From positions 1-64,000 of the forward strand of contig DHPR01000033.1 in the NCBI GenBank assembly GCA_002410925.1: a stretch of 64,000 nucleotides of DNA, given 5' to 3'. How positions within the stretch are numbered: the stretch's first letter is position 1; the number at the start of each line of letters is the position of its first letter. This DNA comes from a bacterium UBP13_UBA5359 (lineage in GTDB: Bacteria > UBP13 > UBA5359). The position numbers and the translations under genes are program-made. Positions 40,841 to 51,226 of this stretch are shown piece by piece. The notes beneath the pieces are model-generated. The model was given only the letters and a program-made list of their open reading frames with translations. It was not told where the DNA came from and searched no databases.

Positions 40841-41617
40841 ATGCGTATTCTGATGGTTGGAGATATCGTTGGTAAACCGGGCAGAGTCTGCTTGCGAGAG
40901 AACCTTCCCGGTATAAAGGCTGAGTTTCATGTGGATTTTACCGTTGTTAACGGTGAGAATGCGGCAGCCGGATTCGGTATCAATGCTCAGGTGGCGGAGC
41001 AGGTAAGGCTGGCCGGCGCCGATGTTGTGACTACCGGCAACCATGTCTGGGATAGACGTGAGATGGCGGCAGAGATAGATAGCTTGGATTATGTGCTTCG
41101 TCCGGCAAATTATCCGCCGGGCACGCCCGGGCGCTTTCTGACGGTCATCGATATGCAAGGTTATAAAATAGCCGTCGTTTCGCTTATGGGCAGGGTATTC
41201 ATGAATACTTTGGATGATCCTTTCAGAGCAATGGATGATATTATCGCTTCCCTGGCTGATGTGACGCCGAATATACTGGTGGATTTCCATGCTGAGGCCA
41301 CTTCGGAAAAACAGGCTATGGCCTGGTATCTTGACGGCAGGGTTTCAGCCGTAGTCGGGACGCATACACACACGCAGACAGCTGACGAGCGTGTGCTGCC
41401 GCAGGGAACAGCCATGATATCGGATATCGGTATGGTAGGTCCTCGTAATTCCATTCTGGGCGTAGAGGTGGCATTGATTCTGCGCAAATTTATTACGCAG
41501 ATGCCTGTGAAGTTTGAAGTCGCTGATCGGCCTATGATTTTCAATGCTCTTCTCATCGATATCGATGAGAAGAGCGGTAAAGCCAAAGAGATAAAGAGAA
41601 TCAACAGAGAGCTGTGA
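40841..41617 (+). CDS. ymdB: YmdB-family metallophosphoesterase
   Basis: GDIVGKPG, NGENAA, TGNH, DFHAEATSEK, GTHTH. Confidence 0.95.
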   Translation: MRILMVGDIVGKPGRVCLRENLPGIKAEFHVDFTVVNGENAAAGFGINAQVAEQVRLAGADVVTTGNHVWDRREMAAEIDSLDYVLRPANYPPGTPGRFLTVIDMQGYKIAVVSLMGRVFMNTLDDPFRAMDDIIASLADVTPNILVDFHAEATSEKQAMAWYLDGRVSAVVGTHTHTQTADERVLPQGTAMISDIGMVGPRNSILGVEVALILRKFITQMPVKFEVADRPMIFNALLIDIDEKSGKAKEIKRINREL

Positions 41618-41663
41618 GCATGAACTGTGAATAAAAACAGTGCTCGATGTTGGAGGTGCTTGA

Positions 41664-42029
41664 ATGTCGTCACAACGGATAGAGAAAATTCAAGAATTGA
41701 TAAAGGTGGAGATAAGCGATATAGTCAGAAGAGAGGTCAAGCATCCCGGCATAGGGTTTATAACGATTACTTCTGTGGAAGTAAGTTCTGATCTGCACTA
41801 TGCCAAGGTATTTGTCAGTATATTCGGCGATGAGAAGGAGAAGGACAGAAGCCTGGCTGCTCTTCAATCGGCTGCAGGCTTTATTCGGGGTGCTTTGGGA
41901 CGCCGTGTCAGGCTGCGCTATATCCCGGAGCTGACTTTCAAGTTGGATACATCTATCGAATATGGAGATAAAATACAGCGGTTGCTTAAACAGGTAAACG
42001 AAGAGAGGCACGAAGATGCGAAAGAGTGA
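41664..42029 (+). CDS. rbfA: Ribosome-binding factor A
   Basis: VEVSSDLHYAKVFVS, LRYIPELTFKLDTS. Confidence 0.97.
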   Translation: MSSQRIEKIQELIKVEISDIVRREVKHPGIGFITITSVEVSSDLHYAKVFVSIFGDEKEKDRSLAALQSAAGFIRGALGRRVRLRYIPELTFKLDTSIEYGDKIQRLLKQVNEERHEDAKE

Positions 42030-42984
42030 GGCCGTACCTGACGAGATATTGGATATTATCATAAATAATCGTTTCTTCCTTATAACTTCGCATAAAAATC
42101 CCGATGGCGATGCTATCGGGTCAATGCTGGCAATGGCCGCTATATTGAAAAAAATGGGTAAGGAAACATACTTATTCCTCGAAGATGGCGTTCCTCCGTT
42201 GTATCGTTTTCTCCCCCTGGTGGAAGAAGTAAATACCGTTTTGGCGGGGAAGTTTGATATAACTTTGGTTTTGGATTGCGAGAATGGCGGACGTGTTTCC
42301 GATAGAGTGGATTTATTCAGCCATGCCAGAACATTAATCAATATAGATCATCATCCTACCACAGGCACTTTCGGCGATTATAGATATATTAATCCTCGGG
42401 CGGCAGCCGTAGGTGAGCAAGTGCATGCTCTGGCCCGTGCTTTAGACGTGGCGATAGACCGCAATATGGCGGAATGTATTTACGTTTCTATTCTTACCGA
42501 TACCGGCAGCTTCAGATATGCCAATACGACGGCGCATACTCATCGCCTGGCAGCCGGCCTGATAGAGCATGGATTGCAGCCAGCCGAGATTGCTTCACGT
42601 ATATATGAAAGGCGTTCGCTCAACCAGCTTTCTCTGCAGGCTGCTATAATCGAAGATATGGTTGTAGAGGATACGCTGGCTTGGTCGGTAATCAGCCAGG
42701 ATAGACTTAAGGATTTGAAACTGTCGGAGTCGGATTTGGACGGGGCCATAGATATTATTCGCTCGGTAGATGGCGTAAGGGTTGCCGTGCTCTTCAGCCA
42801 GAGATTTGATGGCAAAATAAAGGCCAGCCTGCGTTCCAAGAATAATTTTAATGTTCTGGAAATAGCCAGAGAGCTGGGCGGTGGCGGTCATAGAGCTGCT
42901 GCTGGTTTTCTCTCTTCTGAACCCCTCTCTGTAATAGTGGAAAAGACCGTACAATTATTGCGGGAGCATCTGGGACTGAGATGA
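42016..42984 (+). CDS. nrnA: DHH-family oligoribonuclease/pAp phosphatase
   Basis: HKNPDGDAIGS, NIDHH, DTGSF, SLRS, GGGGH..AAG. Confidence 0.93.
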   Translation: MRKSEAVPDEILDIIINNRFFLITSHKNPDGDAIGSMLAMAAILKKMGKETYLFLEDGVPPLYRFLPLVEEVNTVLAGKFDITLVLDCENGGRVSDRVDLFSHARTLINIDHHPTTGTFGDYRYINPRAAAVGEQVHALARALDVAIDRNMAECIYVSILTDTGSFRYANTTAHTHRLAAGLIEHGLQPAEIASRIYERRSLNQLSLQAAIIEDMVVEDTLAWSVISQDRLKDLKLSESDLDGAIDIIRSVDGVRVAVLFSQRFDGKIKASLRSKNNFNVLEIARELGGGGHRAAAGFLSSEPLSVIVEKTVQLLREHLGLR

Positions 42985-43931
42985 ACGGTTACCTGAAGTT
43001 AATCAAGCCCCCTGGCATGACATCGCATGATCTGGTGTCTGCGGTAAGGCATATTACCGGTGAACGCCGTGTCGGCCACGCGGGCACGCTGGATCCGGCG
43101 GCGGCCGGCTTGATGATCCTTGCTTTGGGGCAGGGTACAAGGCTGATGGAGTATGCTGCGGCGGAGAAAAAGAGCTATCGCGTTGAAATGATCCTTGGAA
43201 TGGAGACCGATACTCAGGACACTACTGGAAGTATTCTATCCAGGCATGACGCTGCGGATATCGAGCTGGCAGACCTGATGAAGGCGATCCAGCGATTTAA
43301 AGGGGATTACGACCAGATTCCGCCGATGATGTCTGCTATCAAGATAGGCGGTAGACGGTTATACGAGCTTGCCCGTCAGGGGGAAGTAGTGGAGAGGGCG
43401 CCCAGACAGGTACATATCTACGATCTGGAAGTGGTGGATTTTATATCCGGAAAGGCTCCAATCGTAATGATGGATGTAATCTGCTCCGGGGGTACGTATA
43501 TACGTACTCTGTGTTATGACATCGGTGCTTCCTTGGGATGTGGAGCGGCGATCTCTTTTCTGGTAAGGAGATCATCGGGCAAGCATCGTATAGATGAAGC
43601 CTGTACATTGCATGATCTATTTGAAAAGAGCATAGAGGCACAAAAGCGAAAGAGCCTGGAGTCTCCCGGATCGGCGCTTGCCGGTGAAGATTTTATGCCG
43701 TTTATGCATAAGATAGACGGGCTGGCCTCTTCTCTCCCGGCAGTCGGCCTGGACAAGGCGCAGACCGAGAGCTTTAAGCATGGCCGGATAGTTCCAGCTG
43801 CGGTGACCGCTCCCGGTGATTACAGGGTTTATGAAGAGGAAAAAGTGTTCATTGGAATAGCTGAGATGCGCTCCGACAAAGGGATCGTCTCTCTTAAGCC
43901 CAAGAAGGTTTTGGATGATGTATCTTTTTAA
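42981..43931 (+). CDS. truB: tRNA pseudouridine(55) synthase
   Basis: KPPGMTSHD, GHAGTLDP, QIPPMMSAIK, CSGGTYIRTL. Confidence 0.96.
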   Translation: MNGYLKLIKPPGMTSHDLVSAVRHITGERRVGHAGTLDPAAAGLMILALGQGTRLMEYAAAEKKSYRVEMILGMETDTQDTTGSILSRHDAADIELADLMKAIQRFKGDYDQIPPMMSAIKIGGRRLYELARQGEVVERAPRQVHIYDLEVVDFISGKAPIVMMDVICSGGTYIRTLCYDIGASLGCGAAISFLVRRSSGKHRIDEACTLHDLFEKSIEAQKRKSLESPGSALAGEDFMPFMHKIDGLASSLPAVGLDKAQTESFKHGRIVPAAVTAPGDYRVYEEEKVFIGIAEMRSDKGIVSLKPKKVLDDVSF

Positions 43932-44853
43932 GGATTTTCCTTTGCCGCAGCATCACGGCGGCAGAGTAATAACCATAGGCGTTTTTGACGGATTGCATAT
44001 AGGGCATCAATTGCTTCTCAGCTCTCTTAAAGAGAGAGCTGAGGCTCTGGGAGCATTTGCTACAGTGGTGACATTCAACTCGCATCCTGATGCTCTTCTT
44101 TACGGTGCCTCTCCATTATTATTGACCACAGCGGAAGAAAAAAGGGATATTTTGCAGAGCATGGCTATAGATGAATTACTCAGCCTGGATTTTACTGCGG
44201 AATTAGCTGCTATTGATGCTGAAGAATTTATTCGGGGAAGGCTCTTGCCGTCGAAAATGTGCGAATTAATAGTAGGACCGGATTTTGCTCTGGGCAAAGG
44301 ACGCGGCGGGACTCTTGAGGTTCTTGGGCATTTGGCAGCTGATTATGCCTTTGGTTTTCACAGGGTGGATCATGCCCTTTGGCGGGATAAGCCTGTAAGC
44401 AGCACTAGAATTAGAAAGGCTTTGGATAGGGGAGATATGCCTGCTGTATCTGCAATGCTGGGACGATTCTATTCGGCCAGTGGCGTGGTGGTAAAGGGCA
44501 GAATGGCAGGGCGAGGACTCGGTTTTCCTACAGCTAATCTCTCAGTAGCCTCGGAGAAGCTTCTTCCGGCTAACGGAGTTTACGCCGGATATGCAATTCT
44601 TGACGGAGAGCGTCTTCCGGCAGTTGCCAACATCGGTTTTCGGCCGACGTTCGGATCTTCCGAAAGGTCCTTTGAAGTACATATAATCGGTTTTTCCGGC
44701 GATATCTACGGCAGGAAGCTCTCTATGTATATAGCTGAACGTCTTCGTGACGAGGAAGCCTTCGCCGATCCCCTTCTTTTGCAGCGAAGGATATCTCTCG
44801 ATCTGGAAGCGGCCAGGACAAAGCTGGCTGATATAAAGATAAATGAGCAGTAA
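43915..44853 (+). CDS. ribF: Riboflavin kinase / FAD synthetase
   Basis: IGVFDGLHIGH, VSSTRIR, GFPTAN, GVYAG, RPTF, EVH. Confidence 0.96.
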   Translation: MMYLFKDFPLPQHHGGRVITIGVFDGLHIGHQLLLSSLKERAEALGAFATVVTFNSHPDALLYGASPLLLTTAEEKRDILQSMAIDELLSLDFTAELAAIDAEEFIRGRLLPSKMCELIVGPDFALGKGRGGTLEVLGHLAADYAFGFHRVDHALWRDKPVSSTRIRKALDRGDMPAVSAMLGRFYSASGVVVKGRMAGRGLGFPTANLSVASEKLLPANGVYAGYAILDGERLPAVANIGFRPTFGSSERSFEVHIIGFSGDIYGRKLSMYIAERLRDEEAFADPLLLQRRISLDLEAARTKLADIKINEQ

Positions 44854-44902
44854 AAAAATGGAGGATTTTAAGAGCGGTTAAAAATCAAACCTTGGATTTT
44901 TA

Positions 44903-44931
44903 TTTACAACAGCCGGCGACTATGCTATTAT
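44903..44931 (+). promoter_or_regulatory. rpsO promoter
   Basis: TTTACA-N17-TATTAT with TG extension. Confidence 0.6.
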
Positions 44932-44938
44932 TACACCC

Positions 44939-44992
44939 GAACCGTGCTCTAGGGCGCTCGATTCACCGACGACGTACTTGGAATGCGGGGTT
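44939..44992 (+). ncRNA. Ribosomal protein S15 (rpsO) leader, Firmicutes-like
   Basis: AACC...TCG-ATTCAC-CGA...GGGGTT branched hairpin directly upstream of the rpsO SD. Confidence 0.65.
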
Positions 44993-45013
44993 TGTAATTG
45001 GAGGTGAAAGGGT

Positions 45014-45283
45014 ATGCCGTTATCCAGGGACAAGAAGAACGACATCATGGCTCAATACAGAATTCATGAGAGTGATACCGGGTCGGCGGAAGTCCAGATA
45101 GCCATGCTTACTGCTCGTATCGAGCAATTGACGGAGCATCTGAAGGCTAACAAGAAGGATTTCCATTCAAGACGTGGTCTGCTGAAGATGGTTGGGCAGC
45201 GTCGCAGGCTTCTCAACTATCTCACTGCTAAGGATGTGGAGAGATACAGAGCTATAGTAACCAAATTAGGGCTGAGAAGATAA
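45014..45283 (+). CDS. rpsO: 30S ribosomal protein S15
   Basis: [33 protein letters not shown]. Confidence 0.99.
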   Translation: MPLSRDKKNDIMAQYRIHESDTGSAEVQIAMLTARIEQLTEHLKANKKDFHSRRGLLKMVGQRRRLLNYLTAKDVERYRAIVTKLGLRR

Positions 45284-45285
45284 AG

Positions 45286-45309
45286 AAAGCGGGGCAACCC
45301 GCTTTTTTT
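45286..45309 (+). terminator. Intrinsic terminator after rpsO
   Basis: AAAGCGGG-GCAA-CCCGCTTTTTTT. Confidence 0.85.
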
Positions 45310-45351
45310 ATAAGAAAGAATGAAATGGAAGAATGAAGATGAGGGAAGAGA

Positions 45352-47511
45352 ATGGAAAAGATTGAAGTAAGTTTGGAATTAGGCGGTAGTAATATATCAT
45401 TTGAAACGGGCAATTTAGCCAGGCAGGCTAACGGAGCAGTGGTTGTTCATTCCGGGGATACTGTTTTGCTGGTGACGGCTACAATGTCTGAGACGGCCAG
45501 GGAGGGAATAGACTTCTTTCCGCTGATGGTGGATTTTGAAGAGAAGTTTTATGCGGCCGGCCGTATTCCGGGAGGGTATTTCAAGCGTGAGGGCCGTCCC
45601 AGCGAAAGGGCGGTATTGACATCACGGCTGATAGACAGGCCTATCAGACCGTTATTCCCCAAGGGTATGCGTAATGATGTGCAGATCATCGTTCTGCCAT
45701 TGTCTGCCAGTAATAATTATTTGGCAGATATCCTGGCAATAAACGGTGCTTCACTGGCATTGTCGATATCCGATATACCCTTTAGCGGGCCGGTAGGCGC
45801 TGTTAGAATTGCCTGTATCAATGATGAGTATATTGTCAATCCCCCCTATGATCTGCTTCAGGAGAGCCGGATGGATATGGTCGTTGCCGGCGGAGAGGAT
45901 GCAATTACCACCGTTCAGGTTTATGCCAAGGAAGCTTCTGAGGATGTAGTGCTGAAGGGAATAGAAATTGCGCATGAGCATATTAAAAAGCTGATAGCCG
46001 TCCAAAAAGAGATGATAAGGCGCGCCGGCAAAGAGAAGAGAGAGGTGCGACTCTTCTTGCCCGATGAAGATATTCGTGCCGCTGTAGCGGCTCACGCCGC
46101 GGAGAAGCTGCGCCAGGCCGTGATGAGTAGCGATAAGCAGAGCCGGGAAGAGGCCATAGGTGCCTTGAAACAGGAGATGATCGACCATTTTACGGTCGCT
46201 ATGGGCGAGGAGGCTCAAGCTGAGATAATCGGAGCTTTCGATTATGCTCTAAAGAATACCGTTCGGCAAATGATTCTTGATGAGCAGGTGCGACCTGACG
46301 GTCGTAAGCCGCAGGAAATCAGGCCGATCTCTTGCGAGGTGGGCCTCTTGCCGATGACGCATGGCTCAGGCCTCTTTACCCGCGGGCAGACTCAGGTGCT
46401 CAATACTGTTACCCTGGGCTCTCTGGGCGAGGCGCAGAAGATGGAATCTCTGATAGGTGATGAAGCAAAGCGCTTTATGCATCATTACAATTTTCCTCCT
46501 TATAGCGTGGGCGAAGTCAGGCCTTTACGCAGCCCTAGCCGGCGTGATATCGGCCATGGAGCACTGGCTGAAAAGGCTTTGCTTCCGATGTTGCCCTCTG
46601 AAGAGGATTTTCCGTATGCCATGCGGCTGGTTTCCGATGTCCTGGAATCCAACGGCTCATCATCCATGGCCAGTACATGTGCGGGTTCGCTTGCTTTGAT
46701 GGATGCCGGCGTTCCTGTAAAGAAGGCGGTGGCCGGTATTGCTATGGGTCTTGTTACGGATGGGAGCAGGCATGTCGTCCTCTGGGATATACAGGGAATG
46801 GAAGATGCGCTGGGAGATATGGATTTCAAGGTAGCGGGAACAATAGATGGTATCAATGCCATTCAGATGGATATCAAGCTTGAAGGCCTGAATATGGATA
46901 TTCTGCGTGAAGCGCTGGGGCAGGCCAGAGAGGGCAGGCTTTATATTCTCGATATCATGAACAAAACCATCTCTGAGTCCAGATCGAATCTATCACCCAA
47001 GGCTCCAAGGATAATAACTCTCCAGATTCATCCCGACAAGATTGGGGAGTTGATCGGACCCGGTGGTAAAACCATCAAAAAGATAATTGAAGCTACTGAG
47101 GTCAAGATAGACGTCGAGGATGACGGCAAGGTCTATATATCCTCTACGGATGAGGAATCGGCACTGCGTGCTGTCAAAATGGTCGAGAATCTGACCAAGG
47201 AAGTTACGGCAGGGGAGATATATACAGGCCGAGTCACGCGTATAATGACATTCGGCGCCTTTGTCGAGGTGCTTCCTGGTAAGGAGGGGCTGGTTCATAT
47301 ATCCGAACTGGCGCCGCGACGGGTTGAGCGTGTCGAGGATGTAGTCAATGTCGGTGATGAAGTTACCGTCAAGGTAATAGAGATAGACAGACAGGGAAGG
47401 ATCAATCTGACTATCAGAGGCCTGCTGGAAACAGGTGGCGAAGAGGAGCGTCCCGGAGGCAGACGCGAGAGAGGCGAAAAGCGGCCGGAAGGACGCCGCC
47501 CGCGTAGATAA
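45352..47511 (+). CDS. pnp: Polynucleotide phosphorylase
   Basis: DFFPL, SRLIDRPIRPLF, LESNGSSSMAS, GDMDFKVAGT, KH and S1 domains. Confidence 0.98.
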   Translation: MEKIEVSLELGGSNISFETGNLARQANGAVVVHSGDTVLLVTATMSETAREGIDFFPLMVDFEEKFYAAGRIPGGYFKREGRPSERAVLTSRLIDRPIRPLFPKGMRNDVQIIVLPLSASNNYLADILAINGASLALSISDIPFSGPVGAVRIACINDEYIVNPPYDLLQESRMDMVVAGGEDAITTVQVYAKEASEDVVLKGIEIAHEHIKKLIAVQKEMIRRAGKEKREVRLFLPDEDIRAAVAAHAAEKLRQAVMSSDKQSREEAIGALKQEMIDHFTVAMGEEAQAEIIGAFDYALKNTVRQMILDEQVRPDGRKPQEIRPISCEVGLLPMTHGSGLFTRGQTQVLNTVTLGSLGEAQKMESLIGDEAKRFMHHYNFPPYSVGEVRPLRSPSRRDIGHGALAEKALLPMLPSEEDFPYAMRLVSDVLESNGSSSMASTCAGSLALMDAGVPVKKAVAGIAMGLVTDGSRHVVLWDIQGMEDALGDMDFKVAGTIDGINAIQMDIKLEGLNMDILREALGQAREGRLYILDIMNKTISESRSNLSPKAPRIITLQIHPDKIGELIGPGGKTIKKIIEATEVKIDVEDDGKVYISSTDEESALRAVKMVENLTKEVTAGEIYTGRVTRIMTFGAFVEVLPGKEGLVHISELAPRRVERVEDVVNVGDEVTVKVIEIDRQGRINLTIRGLLETGGEEERPGGRRERGEKRPEGRRPRR

Positions 47512-47524
47512 TCAGGGAGCTTAT

Positions 47525-48367
47525 ATGGAAAGAAAGGAAGCGATAACTTTGGCTGCGGGGCGTTGTTCCGAAAAGAGGATAAGGGTTCTGGTAACAGGAG
47601 CTTGCGGCAGAATGGGCCGAGAGGTTCTGGATGCCGTTTCCGGAGAGGACGACCTGGAGCTTGTAGGCGCTGTTGATATTCAGGCCGGGGCAGCTTCTGT
47701 TCCGGCCGTTACGGCCTCAGGGAGGGTTATTGATGGGCTATCCGTCTCTGGAGATCTTGAAAGCGCATTGAAAAGATCCAAACCGGATGTTATGGTAGAC
47801 TTTACCCTTCCTGCTGTTGTAATGGAGAATATTCTTACAGCTCTCAAGGCCGGCGTTCGCCCGGTGGTGGGCACCACGGGGCTGAGCGATAATGACCTGG
47901 CTAAGATCGAGGCCATAGCTGCCGATAAGAGGCTGGGTCTCCTTATAGCGCCTAATTTCTCCATAGGCGCCGTATTGATGATGAAATTTGCGGCTGAAAC
48001 GGCAAAGCACCTTAAACAGGCAGAGATTATTGAATTTCATCATGACAAAAAGTTGGATGCTCCTTCGGGAACAGCCATAAAAACCGCTGAAATGATCTTG
48101 GCAGACTCTCAGATGAGCTCGGCGCCGACCAGCGTGACGGTGATTGAGGGTGCCCGTGGCGGAGAGATGAGCGGTATAAATATCCATAGTGTCCGGTTGC
48201 CCGGTTTTGTAGCTTCGCAGGAGGTTATCTTCGGGGGCCTGGGGCAGACGCTGACTATAAGGCACGATACTATCGATCGATCTGCTTTTATGCCGGGAGT
48301 AATTCTGGCCTGCCGCAAGATTATGTCGCTATCCGGCCTCGTATACGGGTTGGACAGAGTTTTATGA
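47525..48367 (+). CDS. dapB: 4-hydroxy-tetrahydrodipicolinate reductase
   Basis: GACGRMG, DFT, VGTTG, APNFSIG, EFHHDKKLDAPSGTA. Confidence 0.96.
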   Translation: MERKEAITLAAGRCSEKRIRVLVTGACGRMGREVLDAVSGEDDLELVGAVDIQAGAASVPAVTASGRVIDGLSVSGDLESALKRSKPDVMVDFTLPAVVMENILTALKAGVRPVVGTTGLSDNDLAKIEAIAADKRLGLLIAPNFSIGAVLMMKFAAETAKHLKQAEIIEFHHDKKLDAPSGTAIKTAEMILADSQMSSAPTSVTVIEGARGGEMSGINIHSVRLPGFVASQEVIFGGLGQTLTIRHDTIDRSAFMPGVILACRKIMSLSGLVYGLDRVL

Positions 48368-48480
48368 AGCAGGGTTGTTCGTGATAAAGAGCGAAAAACC
48401 GGCTGCGGCAGATGGGCTGCGTGAAGGGTCTGAAGCGAACGTTCGGCTGCAAAAAATAGATTGTGAGCAATGAGAATGGC

Positions 48481-48509
48481 TTGGCATGTAAGCCTTTTCA
48501 TGCTATATT
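48481..48509 (+). promoter_or_regulatory. asd promoter
   Basis: TTGGCA-N17-TATATT with TG extension. Confidence 0.55.
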
Positions 48510-48565
48510 TTTCTAAAGGCAGGCTGTAGACGCGGTCTTTGTAAATTATGAAAGGGGAAGCATAG

Positions 48566-49582
48566 ATGCCTTGTGGCTATAGAGTTGCCGTTGTAGGCGC
48601 CACCGGTGCCGTCGGCAGAAAAATGATTGAAATTCTTATGCAGAGGAACTTTCCGGTAGCGGAACTGGTGCCTTTGGCCACTTCTCGTTCTGCCGGGACG
48701 GAAGTGGAATTCAAGGATAAATGCATAAAGGTTGAGGAAACGTCAAAGGGTAGCTTTGACGGCATTGATATTGCTCTCTTTGCCGGCGGCGGTAGTGCAA
48801 GCCGAGCGTTTGGCTGGGAAGCCGTTGCCCGAGGCGCTGTTGTTATTGATAATAGCAGCCTTTTCCGTATGGAGGAGAATGTACCGTTGGTCATTCCGGA
48901 GGTAAATCCGCAGGATCTGAAAAGACATAAAGGGTTGATTGCCAACCCTAATTGCTCCACCGTTCAGATGGTGATGGTGCTCAAGCCGATATATGATGCA
49001 GTCGGCATCAAGCGTGTAGTAGTCAGCACCTATCAGGCAGTTTCCGGAACGGGCAAATTGGCTGTGGATGAACTGGAACGGCAGGTTAAGGATTACGCTG
49101 GCGGGTGCACCATCTCGGCAGAGGTCTATCCTTATCAGATAGCTCTGAATGTCCTGCCGCAAATCGATGCTTTCACTCCCAACGGCTATACCAGGGAAGA
49201 GATGAAGATGGTCAATGAGACCAGAAAGATACTCGGCGACAACAGCATTGATGTCAGTGCCACTACCATCAGAGTGCCGGTTTTTTATGGTCATTCCGAG
49301 GCGATAAACGTACAGACGGAGGGGAAGCTCACAGCTGCCGCTGCCCGCATGCTTCTAGCCGAAGCTCCCGGAGTAAGGGTTGTAGATAACCCTGATGAGT
49401 GTATCTATCCTATGCCCATAACGGCGGCAGGCAAGGATGATGTTATGGTGGGAAGAATCAGGGAGGATATATCCCTTCAGAATGGACTCGATCTCTGGGT
49501 GGTTGCCGATAACCTGCGTAAGGGAGCGGCTCTTAATGCTGTTCAGATTGCTGAGAAGATGATAGAATTAGGGCTTATATAG
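48566..49582 (+). CDS. asd: Aspartate-semialdehyde dehydrogenase
   Basis: VVGATGAVG, IANPNCST, STYQAVSG, DNLRKGAALNAVQIAE. Confidence 0.98.
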   Translation: MPCGYRVAVVGATGAVGRKMIEILMQRNFPVAELVPLATSRSAGTEVEFKDKCIKVEETSKGSFDGIDIALFAGGGSASRAFGWEAVARGAVVIDNSSLFRMEENVPLVIPEVNPQDLKRHKGLIANPNCSTVQMVMVLKPIYDAVGIKRVVVSTYQAVSGTGKLAVDELERQVKDYAGGCTISAEVYPYQIALNVLPQIDAFTPNGYTREEMKMVNETRKILGDNSIDVSATTIRVPVFYGHSEAINVQTEGKLTAAAARMLLAEAPGVRVVDNPDECIYPMPITAAGKDDVMVGRIREDISLQNGLDLWVVADNLRKGAALNAVQIAEKMIELGLI

Positions 49583-49772
49583 CGCTGACGCGATATGAGC
49601 AGTCTGATGCCTGAAGGCTGAGGGAGAACGCTCAGGCTCGAAAGGGTAGTTTTAAGAAGACTGAAAAGCAGGCTCGGATAAAAGAATGAGGAATTCTATC
49701 CAAGCGTAAATTAGAACTGCTTCAGGTTTCAGACTTTGGATTTCAAACTAAATAGCCATGGAGGAAAAGAAT

Positions 49773-50660
49773 ATGGGCACTGCCAGGCTGGGAAGGCTGC
49801 TGACTGCCATGGTCACGCCTTTTGATAAGGATATGAAGGTTGATTATGGAGTGGCGGCCGATCTGGCGGAAAGGCTTCATGCCGAAGGCACGGATGGAAT
49901 TGTGGTGGCGGGTACCACCGGCGAATCTCCAACGCTGTCCAACGAAGAAAAATTGCGCCTCTTCAAAGCTGTAACCGAAAGGGTAGGCGGCAAGGCTCGT
50001 GTGATTGCCGGCACGGGCAGTAACTCTACCGATGACACCATTGCCATGTCCAGAGCGGCAGCTGACTTGGGCATTGATGCTGTGATGCTGGTGACCCCCT
50101 ACTACAATAAGCCCTCGCAAGAGGGGCTTTATCGGCATTTCAGATCTGTGGCCGAAGCTATTGAATTACCGGTTATTCTCTATAATGTGCCGGGCAGGAC
50201 CGGTGTAAATCTTGAAGCGGATACTGTTATCAGGCTGTCGGCCGCAGAGAACATCAAGGCCGTTAAGGAGGCCAGCAAGAATCTGGAGCAGGTAGCGGAG
50301 ATAGCTGCGGGTGTGCCGGACGATTTTGATATTTACAGCGGTGACGACGGTATAACATTGCCGGTGATGTCCGTTGGAGGTGTTGGTGTCATTAGCATCG
50401 CTTCTCATGTGGCGGGTCCCATGATAAAGGCAATGATTGAGGCATATGCGTCAGGGAATCACGCAGAGGCCCTGCGGTTGCATCTGCATCTTTTGCCTCT
50501 TTTCAAGGTGCTCTTTATTGCCACCAATCCCGCTCCTGTGAAGGCTGCCCTACGTAGAAGAGGAGTGGATGTCGGCGCTTTGAGATTACCTTTGGTGGAT
50601 ATCAATGCCTCCCAGGAGGAGAAGATTATCGGCGTGATGAAGGAGCTTGATCGAGTTTGA
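49773..50660 (+). CDS. dapA: 4-hydroxy-tetrahydrodipicolinate synthase
   Basis: TAMVTPF, GTTGESPTL, PYYNKP, YNVPGRT, KEAS; GGAGG SD. Confidence 0.97.
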   Translation: MGTARLGRLLTAMVTPFDKDMKVDYGVAADLAERLHAEGTDGIVVAGTTGESPTLSNEEKLRLFKAVTERVGGKARVIAGTGSNSTDDTIAMSRAAADLGIDAVMLVTPYYNKPSQEGLYRHFRSVAEAIELPVILYNVPGRTGVNLEADTVIRLSAAENIKAVKEASKNLEQVAEIAAGVPDDFDIYSGDDGITLPVMSVGGVGVISIASHVAGPMIKAMIEAYASGNHAEALRLHLHLLPLFKVLFIATNPAPVKAALRRRGVDVGALRLPLVDINASQEEKIIGVMKELDRV

Positions 50661-51226
50661 GCCGGGCTCAGGTTCTTGAGGAAATCAGGCAGGAGATACT
50701 TGTCTGTCCTAAGTGCGCCCTATGTAAATCACGGACCACTGCTGTACCGGGTACGGGTTCGCTGAATGCAGACATATTCTTTATCGGCGAGGCTCCGGGG
50801 CAGCAGGAGGATCTTAAAGGCGAGCCTTTTGTGGGCTCTGCCGGTAAGCTGCTGGACTCTCTGCTGAAGATGATAGGGATCAAGCGCGAAGAAATCTTTA
50901 TTACCAATATAGTGAAATGCAGGCCTCCCGGCAACAGAGATCCTCGGCCAGATGAGATATCGAGCTGTAATCCCTATCTTGTCTCGCAAATTGCTTTGAT
51001 AGAGCCCATCTTTATCTGTACGTTGGGGCGCTTTGCTATGCAGACGATGATAGATCCTGATATGTCCATCACCAGGGATCATGGTGTTCCGGTACGTCGC
51101 AGCGGCGTTATCTATTTTCCGATGTATCATCCTGCGGCCGCTCTTTATCGCGGTGAATTGAAAGAGCTGATGAAAGAGGATATGCTTCGGCTCAAGGCAC
51201 TTATAGATAGTGAAAAGGAGAAATAA
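50657..51226 (+). CDS. udg: Family 4 uracil-DNA glycosylase
   Basis: CPKCAL, GEAPG, PFVG.AG, KCRPPGNR, HPAA. Confidence 0.93.
   Translation: MSRAQVLEEIRQEILVCPKCALCKSRTTAVPGTGSLNADIFFIGEAPGQQEDLKGEPFVGSAGKLLDSLLKMIGIKREEIFITNIVKCRPPGNRDPRPDEISSCNPYLVSQIALIEPIFICTLGRFAMQTMIDPDMSITRDHGVPVRRSGVIYFPMYHPAAALYRGELKELMKEDMLRLKALIDSEKEK

Noticed and set aside
48436-48445. CGAACGTTCG palindrome as a LexA box
   Set aside because: It lacks the 4-nt spacer and precedes asd, not a repair gene
49601-49645. Hammerhead ribozyme or lysine riboswitch
   Set aside because: CTGATGC/CTGAAGG do not match CUGANGA with a correctly placed GAAA; lysine aptamer consensus not found
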